Source of the DNA: Chiloscyllium plagiosum
Lineage: Eukaryota
Direction: 5' to 3'
Assembly (NCBI RefSeq): GCF_004010195.1
Contig: NC_057751.1
Location: 9,807,457-9,871,456 of the forward strand
DNA length: 64,000 nucleotides
Position numbers and translations under genes: made by a program. Below the pieces are notes generated by a model that saw only the letters and a program-made list of their open reading frames with translations, did not search any database and was not told where the DNA came from. Shown piece by piece: positions 13,001 through 25,009 of the stretch. Every line of letters starts with the position of its first letter. Within the stretch, counting starts at the first letter, position 1.

Positions 13001-16000
13001 AATGATGATTCTCTCAGAATCAACGTTGCACCATTGCACTCACAGTCGTGATTTTTAACAAGTAAGTACTGTCAAATCTGAAATAATCCAGAAATCTGAA
13101 AGTTTGGCCAAATCCATGATTGTCAGATTGCTCCAGTCTTGGGTTGTTTCACTGGTGCTCATGTTGTGTTGGTTTCTCACATAAAGAATTCTGCTCTTGA
13201 AAACTTGGATGAATGGAATGGCATAATGTTCTGATATTGGAAGGAGGCAAGGTTTTAATTTTGTCTTTTTCATTTTCTCTGTGTGTGATTTGCTTAATGC
13301 CGTGTCCTCTAACTTGTTTTCAACTCTGCCTTTCCTGTGATTTACAATGACTCTGCTCTCAACCATGGTAGACAATTTCAGAGATTCTGGATCAGTGGTG
13401 CTGGAAGAGCACAGCAATTCAGGCAGCATCCGAGGACAGGCAAAATCGACGTTTCGGGCAAAAGCCCTTCATCAGGAATAAAGGCAGAGAGCCTGAAGCG
13501 TGGAGAGATAAGCTAGAGGAGGGGGGGGGTGGGGAGAGAGTNNNNNNNNNNNNNNNNNNNNNNNNNNNNNNNNNNNNNNNNNNNNNNNNNNNNNNNNNNN
13601 NNNNNNNNNNNNNNNNNNNNNNNNNNNNNNNNNNNNNNNNNNNNNNNNNNNNNNNNNNNNNNNNNNNNNNNNNNNNNNNNNNNNNNNNNNNNNNNNNNNN
13701 NNNNNNNNNNNNNNNNNNNNNNNNNNNNNNNNNNNNNNNNNNNNNNNNNNNNNNNNNNNNNNNNNNNNNNNNNNNNNNNNNNNNNNNNNNNNNNNNNNNN
13801 NNNNNNNNNNNNNNNNNNNNNNNNNNNNNNNNNNNNNNNNNNNNNNNNNNNNNNNNNNNNNNNNNNNNNNNNNNNNNNNNNNNNNNNNNNNNNNNNNNNN
13901 NNNNNNNNNNNNNNNNNNNNNNNNNNNNNNNNNNNNNNNNNNNNNNNNNNNNNNNNNNNNNNNNNNNNNNNNNNNNNNNNNNNNNNNNNNNNNNNNNNNN
14001 NNNNNNNNNNNNNNNNNNNNNNNNNNNNNNNNNNNNNNNNNNNNNNNNNNNNNNNNNNNNNNNNNNNNNNNNNNNNNNNNNNNNNNNNNNNNNNNNNNNN
14101 NNNNNNNNNNNNNNNNNNNNNNNNNNNNNNNNNNNNNNNNNNNNNNNNNNNNNNNNNNNNNNNNNNNNNNNNNNNNNNNNNNNNNNNNNNNNNNNNNNNN
14201 NNNNNNNNNNNNNNNNNNNNNNNNNNNNNNNNNNNNNNNNNNNNNNNNNNNNNNNNNNNNNNNNNNNNNNNNNNNNNNNNNNNNNNNNNNNNNNNNNNNN
14301 NNNNNNNNNNNNNNNNNNGAGGTAGGGTGGGACGAGGTGTAATCCAGGTAGCTGTGGGTCGGTGGGTTTGTAGAAAATGTCAGTGTCAAGTCGTTCGTCA
14401 CTAATGGAGATGGAGAGGTCCAGGATGGGGAGGGAGGTGTCAGAGATGGTCCAGGTAAATTTAAGGTCAGGGTGGAATGTGTTGGTGAAGTTGATGAATT
14501 GCTCAACCTCCTCGCGGGAGCACGAGGTGGCGCCAATGCAGTCATCAATGTAGTGGAGGAAGAGGTGGGGAGTGGTGCCGGTGTAATTACGGAAGATCAA
14601 CTGCTCTACGTAGCCAACCAAGAGACAGGCATAGCTGGGGCCCATATGTGTGCCCATGGCTACCCCTTTGGTCTGGAGGAAGTGGGAGGATTCAAAGGAG
14701 AAATTGTTAAGGGTGAGGACCAGTTCGGCCAAACGAATTAGAGTGTCGGTGGAAGGGTGCTGTTGGGGACTTCTGGAGAGGAAAAAACGGAGGGCTTGGG
14801 GGCCCTGGTCATGGCGGATGGAGGTGTAGAGGGATTGGATATCCATGGTGAAGATGAGGCGTTGGGGGCCGGGGAAACGGAAGTCTTGGTGGAGGTGGAG
14901 GGCGTGGGTGGTGTCTCGAACGTATGTGGGGAGTTCCTGGACTAGGGGGGATAGGACAGTGTCGAGGTAGGTAGAGATGAGTTCAGTGGGACAGGAGCAT
15001 GCTGAGACAATGGGTCGGCCAGGGTGGTCAGGCTTGTGGATCTTGGGAATTGTTCAGTGATCAACCATTTCCTTTCTTTGACTGATGATCTCGTTCTGCT
15101 TTCATCAATTTCTTACACTACATGCTTATAATCTATGGTCATCTGAGAATGCAGCGGTGTTTGCTCATAAAAGAATTGTTTGAAACTTGAAGGACATCGA
15201 AAACCCAATTGTTTCAAACACAGAAAATGCTGGAGAAACTCAGCAGGATCGGCAACATTTGTGAGTCCAATGTAACTCTTCTTCAGCACAGAATCAGAGA
15301 ACAGATCTGGAAGGAGGCCATTTGGTCCTGTGGACCTACAGCAGCCCTCTGAGTGACCAATTCATTAAGGACCATTCTCCCCATCCTTCCCCTGCAGCCT
15401 TGCATATTTATCCTTCACAGATAACAGTTTCATTGTCTTTTGATGCCTCCATCATACCTTCAAGCATTCCAGGTCTAACTACTAAAAGCCAAGTCCTGTG
15501 AATGCTGGAAATCTGAAATACAAGCAGAAAATGCTGGAGACATTGAGCAGGTTTGGCAGCACCTGTGGAGGAAGAAGCAGTTCATGTTCGAGTCCCACAC
15601 GACTCTTCATCAGAACTCAGTTCAGATCCAAACCTGCTGAGTTTCTCCTGCATTTTCTGTTTTTATCCAGATCAAGTTACTTGCAGTGTGACAATGTTTT
15701 TCCCCATGTCGTTTTCCCTATTCTTTAATCAATAACTTCAAATATTTTCCCTTCCTTTGATTCTTTCATGAGTAAGAACAGTTTGTCCCCATTACTCTGT
15801 TCAGATGCTCATGATTTGAATGTCTTAATTAAAAGTCTTCTCAGCTTCTTTTCACCTTAATCCAACTCACATTCTTGGAAATGTAGAAACACATTTGTTA
15901 TCTGCTGGCAATCTTTCAGTCACTTCTTTCTCAATTTTTCTTTCACTTATAACTTTATTTCTATGACTATGCCTTTAGATTTCCCCCTTGTGTTTTTTTC

Positions 16001-19000
16001 TTTCCCCATATACAGCATCCAACAAGCTATTATCCTGCCTGTCATGATGGAAGTGGATTCAATAATAGTTTGTTCAAGGCAATGGAAGAAAGTTGCCTGG
16101 CGATAAGGAAAACATGGCACTAATTGGATCATCCTTTCGAATGGTCATTGTAGACACCGTGGGATTTTTGAAATATGCAGGCAAACGTGTTATGTGACCA
16201 TTGAGAAAACTCAGCTGAGTATCTCACCTTATCTGTCTCTTGATATTGGTGACTGGGGTCACCACAAACTGCTGATTAATAGAGGCCTCCCGGGTTCTGT
16301 CATCCACCATTTGTGATCCACTCCTTTGGGATCCAGTGGCAAGGAAATGAATCATTTCTTTCCTTTTACTTTGAGGTGAGGATTGTGGGTAGAGAGGGGT
16401 TGCAGCAAGAGCAATAGTTTGGCTTTCAGAGGCCACCTTGTCTCCATCTGTGCCTCCAAATGGCCCCACATTGGACAATTGAAGCCCCAAGCCCCAACAA
16501 CGCAGATATGTCACCACTGTTTCCCAGCTGGGAAATTAATCACTTTTCTAACCAGCCAGGAAGGCTGGTGATGAGGAAGGAAAAGAGTTGAGGCCCTGAA
16601 GTGGCACTGACTGACAATGGGAGCACTGTAATTGCTGGTGAGTTGAGAAAGTTCCCAATGGAACTTCTTGCCCAGAACATAATTGTTGAGGTGGTGAGAA
16701 GGCAATGAGTTTCCCTCCATAGTCAACTCCCCCCATTAGTTCACTTCTTGCTGCAGGGAGGGGAAAGTTCTGTCCCAGAAGCTAGGAGCCAACTTCAATG
16801 CTGCAATTCAATTATCGCTCCATTGTGTTGAAATTTAGACTCAGTTTGCTACTCAAATGTACTCTTTCCCTCAGACCTCAAAATGCATTGCATCCCTGAT
16901 TATTTTCCCCTTTCTATCTTTCAAAACCTTTAAGAGTTCAGTATCATTCAATTACTAGTCTCTGATGTCCTGCAGTTTTCTTCTGCACGTTACCTTGCCT
17001 TTCACCAGGGATTTCTCAATACCCATCAGAAATACCTGCTACTGAAGAACACGACGAGCCAATTCCTTGTAGAGCTCGAGCAACAAATAACCAGAAGTAG
17101 GTGTTCGAGAAAGCGTACACTGTCAACAAGAGGAGAGGAAAGTTAAGTAGTGTCAATGGGAAGACCAAGAATTTGATTGGGCATTCCAGAGTGAAACTGC
17201 CATCTTCCATAGCAGGGAAGGATACAGTTCCTCAATTCAGTGAGAAGAACCTCATAGTTTGGAAATAAAATCAATGCTGCAGTATTTTGATTTCCATAAC
17301 TTTCTACCCTCCTCTCTTCTTTTAGTCCATTGAATTATTTATTAATTTGGAGAACTGATGGACAGCTGCTGAGTTGGAACAATTAATACTGAACACACTC
17401 AATTTCTCCATGTCATTTATTAGCCAGTTTGCAACATTCAAATTCATCTCAAAATCTTACGAATTCTTACAGAAGTTGCACAAAATGATTGAAACCCGAT
17501 GGACCACACATCATTGACAAAGGTACCAGACATGGTGGCTCAGTGGTTAGCACTGCTGCCTCACAGCGGCAGGGATCCTGGTTTGGTTCCAGCCTCGGAC
17601 GACTGACTGTGTGGAGTTTGCACATTCTCCCCATGTCTGCGTGGGTTTCCTCCGGGTGCTCCGGTTTCTTCCCACGATCCAAAAGATGTGCAGGTTAGGT
17701 GAATTGGCCATGCTAAATTGCCCAAAATGTTCAGGGATGTGTAGGTTCAATGCATTGGTCAGGGATAAATATAAGATAGTGGGGTGGGGAGAGTGGGTCT
17801 GGGTGGGTTGTTCTTCGGAGGACCAATGTGGACTTGTTGGGCTGAAGGGCCTGTTTCCACACTGTAGAGGTTCTGTGCACTCTATGATAAACTGACCCTC
17901 TTTGATCCACCCTTCCAACATCTGTGGGTTTGTACCAAACTTGGGAGAGCTGTCTCACTGACTATTCAAGCTACAGCCTGATATAGTCATATTCTGGAAT
18001 GACACCTTATTGATGATGACCTGGACAAAACCATCACCATCCCTGGGTATTTCCTGTCCCAATAGCAAGACAGATACAGCATAGGTGGTGACACAGTCAC
18101 AAGAGATTTGTACTGGAATCTTCAACATTGACTCCCAAGGTGTTTCATGGCATCAGGTCAAAGACAGAGACAAAACAAACCTGCAGATGCTGGAATTCAA
18201 GGTAGGCAAGCAGGAGGCTGGAAGTACACAGCATGCCAGGCAGCATCAGGAGGGGGAGAAGTCGACATTTCAGGTGTAACCCTTCTTCAGGACTTAGAGT
18301 GGTGCAGAGGGAGTTGCAGACAAAGGGAGTGGCAGGGACACGGTAGTGAAATGAGGAGAGGTAAAGACAGGGAGAGAGTACGACCTGGTTGGTCAGTGGG
18401 AGGAATGAATCTGGTTGGTGACTGGGAGGAGTGGAAGGAATGGGGAGGGGCAGGGAAGGGTTCTGGGGGAAGGGAAGGGGATGGAAATTGGAGAACCCGA
18501 TGTTTCGTCCTCCGGGCTACAGGCTGCCCAATCAGAAGATGAGGCGTTGTTCTTCCAATTCACAGTTTGGTTTGTTGTGGCAATGGAGGAGGCCAAGGAT
18601 GGTCATGTCGGAAAGGGAGTGGGAAGGGGAATTAAAACGGGTGGTGACTGGGAGGTCCGGTTGGCCCCTGTGGGCCTGGCTGAGATGCTCAGCAAACTGT
18701 TCCCTAACTTTACGTTTGGTTTCCCTGATGTAGAGAAGACCACATCGGGAACAACTAATGCAGTAAACTGGGTTGGAAGAGAGGCACGTGAACCTCTGTC
18801 TCATTTGGAAGGACTGTTTGAGGCCCTGGATGGAGATAAGGGGTGGTGGTGTACTGGAAGGTTTTGCATCTTTTCCAGTTGCAAGTGAAGGTACCTGGGG
18901 GTTAAGAGGGGTTGATGGGGAGAGTGGCACAAAATAAGGACTGTCAAAGGGAATGGTCCTTGCGGAAGGCAGAGAGGGGTGGGGAGGGGAAGATATTCTT

Positions 19001-22000
19001 GGTGGTTGGGTCTAGCTGGAGTTGGTGGACGTGTTTAAGGATGATGTGTTGGATGCCGAGACTGGTAGGATGGTAGGTGAGGACAAAGGGGATTTTGTAT
19101 TTATTGGGTTTGGAGGGGGGAGGGGTTTAGAGCATTGGCGTGGGGAAAGAGGTGGTGTGGTGGATGTCAAAGATGGACAAAGAAGTCTCCTGCTTATTAT
19201 CTCATATTGTGAATTCTCCCCCACCCACCTATGATTATTGGAGGTAAGTCTTCTCAGTTCCAGGACATCTATGCAGGAATTCCTCAGCAGAGTGTCCTCA
19301 GCTCAACCATCTTCAGCTGCTTTATCAATGAACATCTCACCTTCATAAGGTCAGAAGTGGGGATGTTTGCTGAGGACTGTACAATGTTCAGCACTGTCTG
19401 TGTCTCCTCAGATACTGAAGCACTCCATGTCCAAATGCAGCAAAATTGCTCAATATCCATGTTTGAGTTGTTAAATAACTTTGGATGCGAGCATAAGAGA
19501 TACAGTTAGTAAGTTTGCAGATGACACCAAAATTGGAGGTGTAGTGGACAGCGAAGAGGGTTACCTCAGATTACAACAGGATCTGGACCAGATGGGCCAA
19601 TGGGCTGAGAAGTGGCAGATGGAGTTTAATTCAGACATTGGTTAGGCCACTGTTGGAATATTGTGGGCAATTCTGGTCTCCTTCCTATCGGAAACTTGAA
19701 AGGGTTCAGAAAAGATTTGCAAGGATGTTGCCAGGGTTGGAGGATCTGAGCTGCAGGGAGAGGCTGAACAGGCTGGGTCTGTTTTCCCTGGAGCGTCAGA
19801 GGCTGAGGGGTGACCTTATAGAGGTTTACAAAATTATGAGGGGCATGGATAGGATAAATAGGCAAAGTCTTTTCCCTGGGGTCGGGGAGGGCATAGGTTT
19901 AGGGTGAGAGGGGAAAGATATAAAAGAGACCCGAGGGGCAACTTTTTCACGCAGAGGGTGGTACGTATATGGAATGAGCTGCCAGAGGATGTGGTTGAGG
20001 CTGGTACAATTGCAACATTTAAGAGGCATTTGGATGGGTATATGAATAGGAAAGGTTTGGAGGGATATGGGCAGGTGGGACTAGATTGGGTTGGGATATC
20101 TGGTCGGAATGGACGGGTTGGACCAAAGGGTCTGTTTCCGTGCTGTACATCTCTATGACTCTGTGACTCTAAGAGAGATTCTAACCTTTGCTCCATGTCA
20201 TTCAATAGCAAAACCAATGCTGAATTCCCTACTATCAACATGCTGAGGCTATGATTCGCCAAAAACAGTACTGGGCTAACTGTATACATACAATGGTTAT
20301 AAGAGCAGATCAGAGGCTGGCAATCCTGCGGCAAATAACTCACCACCAAATTCCCCAATATCTTTCTACAGTCCTCAAGGCACCAGTCAGGACTGTGATG
20401 GAATACTTCCACTTGACTAAGTGAGTGGAGCTTTGATAACACTAAAACTTCAACACCATCAGGACCAAGCAGTCCACTTGATTGGCACCATATTCACAAA
20501 CATTCACACACTGATGCACAGTGGCAGCATTCTGTACCATTGACAAGATACACAGCATAAATTCGCCTAGGCTGTTTAGACGTGAGACAATAAGACATAG
20601 GAGCAGAAATTAGGCCATTCAGCCCATCGAGTTAGGTCTGCCATTCAATCATAGCTGATAATTTTCTCAACCCCATTCTACCACTTTCTCCTGTAACCCT
20701 TGATTCCCTTGATACTCAAGAACCTATCGATCTCAGCACTGTCCAAACCCATGACCACTGCCCGTTAGCAGGAGATACAGGAACACTACCACCTGTAAGT
20801 TCCTGTTCAAGCCATTCACCATCCAAACCTCAAAATATAGGTGTTCCTTCAGTGTCACAAGGCCGTAATCCTGGAATTCCCTCCCTCACAACATTTTGTG
20901 TCCAGCTCCAAAAAAATAGACTGCAAGTAGTGCAAGAAGTGCACTGCACCTTCTCAAGGGTACTTAGGGATGGGCAATAAATGCTAGCCCAGCCAACAAT
21001 GTCCACATCCCACAAACAAATTTAATAAATACTTTGTTACAAGCCTCTGACAACATTCCTTTTCAACAATGAGTTCTGAAACATGCCCCACTATTGGCTT
21101 GCAGTGTCCCCGGCATAACTTCCAGAGTAATTCAATCTGTACTCACTTATTGTTGACATAAACAATATCACAAAACCAGTGAACATAGGAAGGTGATATC
21201 CAATCCTGAAAAAAAGAAAATAAAATTGATGCAGAGAATGAAAAAAGATATATTACCCAGGAGCTACTTTAACTGAAAATTCCCATGCTCCTTGCAGGGA
21301 AATGATCTCAATGTATTAAGTTGTATTCTTTGTATTTGGGCAAAGTTCAATGTCATGTGTTAAAAGTAGAGTTTTCAGAGTTTTGACTGGACAAACTGAT
21401 CAGCTTGTTTAGGAATGGAAGCCTTTTAATTTCAGATTCAAATCCTGAAGATGAACTTGTTTGACTGTTGTCACTTGGAAAGGAGAATAAAATGATTTCA
21501 CTTCCAGATTTATGCTGTTGAGCTCACCTATTCCTCAGCTTGCAGCAGAATTAAGATGTTATGCTGTTTATTTCAGTTTGAGAGAAGTTTTAAGTACAGG
21601 TAGACAACCCTTTATCCAAACTCCCGAAATCCGAAAAGCTCCAAAATCCAAAGGTTTTTTTGTGAAGTTTTATCTCATTAACAAGGTTGTTGGCGTGCAA
21701 ACAGTTAACCCAATTCCACACCCACTCAATGCGTGTCACTTAGATGCGACATGGGTGGGCATGGCCCAGCACTGGCAGGCCTCAATTCTGTCGCAGGGTC
21801 TGTTACTCACAGTGAGTCTGCTATCGGTAAGACTGTTTTCAAAATTTCACCATTGAAGTATCACTTATTCTGAAATTCAAAACATTCCGAATTCCGCAAA
21901 CCAGCTGGCCCCAAGTGTTTTGGATAAAGGATTGTGTACCTGTACTACGAACCTTGTTTCTCTTTTACTCGAGAATTGCAGGTCAAGTGTCTCCATACCT

Positions 22001-25000
22001 GCAACCTAAGGAGTGAGGCTATGCCTGATTTCAGATACTGCTGGTTTTGGGCTTGGGCGGTTCGAGAAATGGGCAATTCAGGTCAAGCTTGGTTGGGTGG
22101 GGTCAAAGGTTATACAGGACAGATCAGCACACGAAACCAATAATTCATCTGGGAGCCATACCGAGTTGAATTGCTCAACGTAGTTTTTTGTTCAAAAGTT
22201 ACGCAATTAAGTTTGATTCATGGAGCATAAAAGCAGGATATGATTTTTGGAAAACTCTGTTTTCGGACAGCCAGATTTAAGGTGCAACCTGCAGTCAAGA
22301 GAAATGGGGAATACAAAGTGCAGTCTTACACAAATAGCTCAGAACTCCCCGGTTGAAAGCTGTATTCAGTAGATCAGACAGCATAGGTACAACAACTCCA
22401 CTGTAAATTCTCAGTTGTAACAATGGCAGGAAATGTGAAAAGGAAATAGTTAAATTCCTGCCAGGTCTCACGACTGTGGGCACCATGGCCTCAGTTGAAA
22501 GGCAAACACGATGCTCCCCCAACCTTCTGCACTGTTTGTCTTATCTTGGTTGGCAAGAGAGAAGGTTCAGCCACAGATTCTTTTTCACTTTAGATCAATG
22601 GTCTGCTGTGTGGATAAATGAGAGCTGAAGACCAAGCTGGAAGGTTCATGGTCTTGCACATTAAGGCACCTTGCACAGCATGGTATACTCTTGGTCCATG
22701 CAGTGAGGTGCCAAGTACATATGAATTAACCCAGATTCAATTGCCTCCTGAAGGCTTCCTCACTCACCTGTTGGTCAGCGGGCCAATTAATGGATTCACG
22801 ATGAGCTGCACAATCGCTTTTGAAGCTAATAACAAGCCAACACGAACGTTTTCCTCTGCTAAGAATGATTTGTTCCGACTGCAGTGGGCTCTTCCAGTTC
22901 CTGGCCTCAGGCTTGGGATGGCAGCTTCAGTCATGTTTGTCCATTTAAATCCTTGAGTCTGACTGTCAGCTGCTGCAGTATTCTCAATTGTAAACTGGCC
23001 ACCACTGGAATCTGAGAGGCCAGGGGAGAGTGTGGAGGACAGAGCTGGTGGCTGCTCTGATGATGCTGACCTATTCATTTCTGAGTTCTGTTTTTCATAC
23101 AAGAAATTAGGGATGATGGGTACTGAAACAGAAAGAACATTCAATCCATACTGAGTGAAGATTATAATTCCCTCAGTTGAAATGTGGTGCACTTTAATCT
23201 CCTGCTTTGTAGCCATCAAAAAGTTAAACAACTGCTTCTGTGACAATGGTTCAGCTCTCTGAAGCCTCCCAGTACAAAGGGCAATGGCTCTTTCTGACAA
23301 CATAGAGATGATGTTTGCAGATACTATGAAAGAAATCAAAGTGCATATTTTTACATATTCAGGATTACAATTTGGGAATTGCCCAAAAACATAAAATGCT
23401 GTTCTGATTACAGTCAGAGACTGTGGGTTGCAAAGTTAATTTCCCACATTGTTTCTTCTGGAAGTTGGTCAAACAGATACCGAGACAAAGCAAAGGAATA
23501 TTGTTTGAGAAAAAACTGGCAAGTAACTCAACCTGGACCTTCCCTTAGTGGCTCAGAACAGATACTGTGTAAGGCTTGAGATCATATTGCCCAGCTGGTC
23601 TCTTGGCTGGGAGTGTGGAGGGAGTGGCAAATACAAATAGATGAGGAGGAAGGGGAACAGTTTACCATTCACTGCTGTTATGAGTGGATAAAGCTTGTGA
23701 AAATCTCAGCACATAACACCATTAGATACAAGCAGAATTTGACCATTCAGACCATCGAATCATGTCTGCTATTTGATCATGGCTGATATGTTTTTCAATC
23801 CTATTCTCATGGCTTCTCCCCCTAACCCTTGATCCCTTCAGAGATTCATCAAGAATCTATCTATTTCTGCCTTATGGAAGCCATGACTTGGCCTCCACAG
23901 TCTTTTGCAGTAATAAGTTCCACAGATTCACTATCTTCTTGCTGAAGAAATTCCACCTCATCTCAGTTTTAAAGGGTTGTCCCTTTGACTGAGGCTACGC
24001 CCTAGGGTCCTACTCTTTCGTATGAGTGAAAACATCTTCTCCATGTTCACTCTTCCAGGCTTCTGTAAATTTCAATCAGATCCTCTCTCATCATTCTACA
24101 CAGACCTAGCATCATTAATCACTCCTCATATGACAAACCTTTATTCCCTGGGATCATTTCTGTAAACTTCCTCTGAATACCCTCCAATGCCAACATATCC
24201 TTCCTCAGATAAGGGCCCAAAGCTATTCTCAGTGTTCCAAACACTGTCTAACCCGAGCCTAATACAGCCTCAGCAGGATTTCCCTGTTTATGTATCTTAA
24301 TCCTCTTAAAATTAATGCTAATATTGCATTTGCCTTCCTGACTGACAACTGAACCTTAATGTTCAGAGAATCCTGAACTCGGAATCCCAAGTCACTTTGC
24401 ACTTCAGATTTGCAAAGCCTTTCCCTGTTTAGAAAACAGTTCATGCCTCTATTCTTCTGACCAAAGTGCATAACCTAACACTTCTCCACATTATATTCCA
24501 TCTGCCACTTCTTTCCCTATGCTCCGAGCCTGTCCAAGTCCTTCTGCAGTCCTTGTGTGTCCTCAACTCTTCTTGTCCCTCCACTCATTTGCAAATTAAT
24601 CAACGATGCTCTCAGTTCCTTCATCTATATTGTGAATGTGTAACGTAAATAGTTCAACAGTGTGTGGGAAATAGTATCAATCAATGAGTGAGAAATCTGA
24701 CCCTTCATCATGTGAGAAATATGATCCCTCAGTAAATAAGAGGCATGGTCCTTCAGTGCATGAGAAATTCAACCCTCTGATTCTCTTGCAACCTCTGCAC
24801 TTCAATATTGTTATCTTCTACTGATGACCAGAATTATATTTTTTAATCAATTGTCCACAAATAATATTAGACCTGAACTTACCAATAACAGTTAGTAGGG
24901 TATAGTCCAGAAAAAGTGCAATATAAACAATAACAAGCACCATTGTTCTGGACTGCCTTTCCTTTTTCAGCCATTGCCATCCTCTGCATTCCTTTCCCCA

Positions 25001-25009
25001 TGGCACCAT
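6993..25009 (-). CDS. SLC18A1: Vesicular monoamine transporter 1, spliced; 10 coding exons in window (1088 nt, about 362 aa, N-terminus to TM8); 3' exons lie left of the window
   Basis: All exons have GT-AG borders and consistent phases (127,355,59,84,93,90,44,61,96,79 nt). Translation matches VMAT motifs ([68 protein letters not shown]). VMAT1-type segments ([23 protein letters not shown]) and head-to-head position with ATP6V1B2 as at human 8p21.3 support SLC18A1 rather than SLC18A2. Confidence 0.9.
7182..7277 (-). CDS. SLC18A1: SLC18A1 coding exon 9 ([32 protein letters not shown])
   Basis: ttcaag| ... G|gtatgt, 96 nt; TM7. Confidence 0.92.
9109..9169 (-). CDS. SLC18A1: SLC18A1 coding exon 8 ([20 protein letters not shown])
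   Basis: ttacag| ... G|gtaagc, 61 nt. Confidence 0.93.
9670..9713 (-). CDS. SLC18A1: SLC18A1 coding exon 7 ([15 protein letters not shown])
   Basis: cccag| ... GAG|gtgagt, 44 nt. Confidence 0.9.
10427..10830 (+). mobile_element. Penelope-like element fragment spanning an assembly gap
   Basis: RT segment near-identical to 14620-14770 (reverse complement); terminal hammerhead motif 10744-10779. Confidence 0.8.
10550..10643. other. Assembly gap (N run)
   Basis: Ns. Confidence 1.
10974..11063 (-). CDS. SLC18A1: SLC18A1 coding exon 6 ([30 protein letters not shown])
   Basis: ttgcag| ... G|gtcggt (weak donor), 90 nt. Confidence 0.9.
11135..11432 (+). mobile_element. HE1-like tRNA-derived V-SINE
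   Basis: A box (tggcatagtggttagc), B box (ggttcaattt), V-domain core, LINE-derived tail ending aatctaatc. Confidence 0.85.
11834..11926 (-). CDS. SLC18A1: SLC18A1 coding exon 5 ([31 protein letters not shown])
   Basis: ctgtag| ... G|gtaagt, 93 nt. Confidence 0.93.
12048..12261. mobile_element. Palindromic PLE-terminus-derived insertion with 9-bp TSD
   Basis: Arms about 12087-12168 and 12180-12261; TSD tttattgtt at 12039-12047 and 12262-12270. Confidence 0.75.
12525..12863 (-). mobile_element. HE1-like V-SINE
   Basis: Reverse-complement SINE with (gatta)n tail. Confidence 0.85.
13381..15048 (-). mobile_element. Penelope-like element (RT) spanning an assembly gap
   Basis: [32 protein letters not shown] motifs; hammerhead motif 13444-13479. 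Confidence 0.9.
13542..14318. other. Assembly gap (N run)
   Basis: Ns. Confidence 1.
15500..15670. mobile_element. Degraded palindromic PLE-terminus remnant (similar pieces at about 15215-15290, 33940-34060, 60760-60890)
   Basis: cagaaaatgctggaga..agcaggtttgg / ccaaacctgct..tctcctgcattttctg arms; CTGATGA-AGAGTC..GACTC-GAA on the minus strand. Confidence 0.6.
17036..17119 (-). CDS. SLC18A1: SLC18A1 coding exon 4 ([29 protein letters not shown])
   Basis: gacag| ... G|gtattt, 84 nt. Confidence 0.93.
17530..17874 (+). mobile_element. HE1-like V-SINE
   Basis: tRNA-like head, V core, LINE tail. Confidence 0.85.
18165..19165 (-). mobile_element. Penelope-like element with GIY-YIG endonuclease, 8-bp TSD gtcaaaga
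   Basis: [23 protein letters not shown]; TSD at 18157-18164 and 19166-19173; hammerhead motif 18261-18293. Confidence 0.85.
19462..20170 (+). mobile_element. CR1/HER1-like LINE 3' fragment
   Basis: [24 protein letters not shown]; ctatgactct tail. Confidence 0.85.
21147..21205 (-). CDS. SLC18A1: SLC18A1 coding exon 3 ([19 protein letters not shown])
   Basis: tttcag| ... A|gtgagt, 59 nt. Confidence 0.93.
21597..21942. mobile_element. Tc1/mariner (Tigger/pogo-like) MITE
   Basis: 24-bp TIRs caggtagacaaccctttatccaaa / caggtacacaatcctttatccaaa (22/24 identical), TA on both flanks. Confidence 0.85.
22768..23122 (-). CDS. SLC18A1: SLC18A1 coding exon 2 (lumenal loop + TM2)
   Basis: ttcag|TACCC...AACAG|gtgagt; VPIIPNFLY...[10 protein letters not shown]; sequons NRS, NMT, NKS and a loop Cys. 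Confidence 0.93.
23725..24650 (-). mobile_element. CR1-like LINE 3' fragment
   Basis: [27 protein letters not shown]. Confidence 0.8.
24883..25009 (-). CDS. SLC18A1: SLC18A1 coding exon 1 ([10 protein letters not shown]...LDYTLLTVI)
   Basis: aagATGG start; acceptor tttcag with exon start at 25036; donor G|gtaagt at 24882. Confidence 0.88.

Larger units (their letters stand above)
17905..21010 (+). mobile_element. Old CR1-clade LINE remnant (endonuclease, RT, 3' tail) hosting nested insertions
   Basis: QPDIVI..TITIPGY, VSWHQVK|[32 protein letters not shown]. Confidence 0.6.

Noticed and set aside
13419-14846. Long ORFs of 475, 358 and 291 aa
   Set aside because: Length comes from translating through an N gap; the real part is PLE RT.
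6993-25009. Calling the transporter SLC18A2 or a pseudogene
   Set aside because: Synteny and several VMAT1-type segments favour SLC18A1; all ten visible exons are in frame with canonical splice sites.
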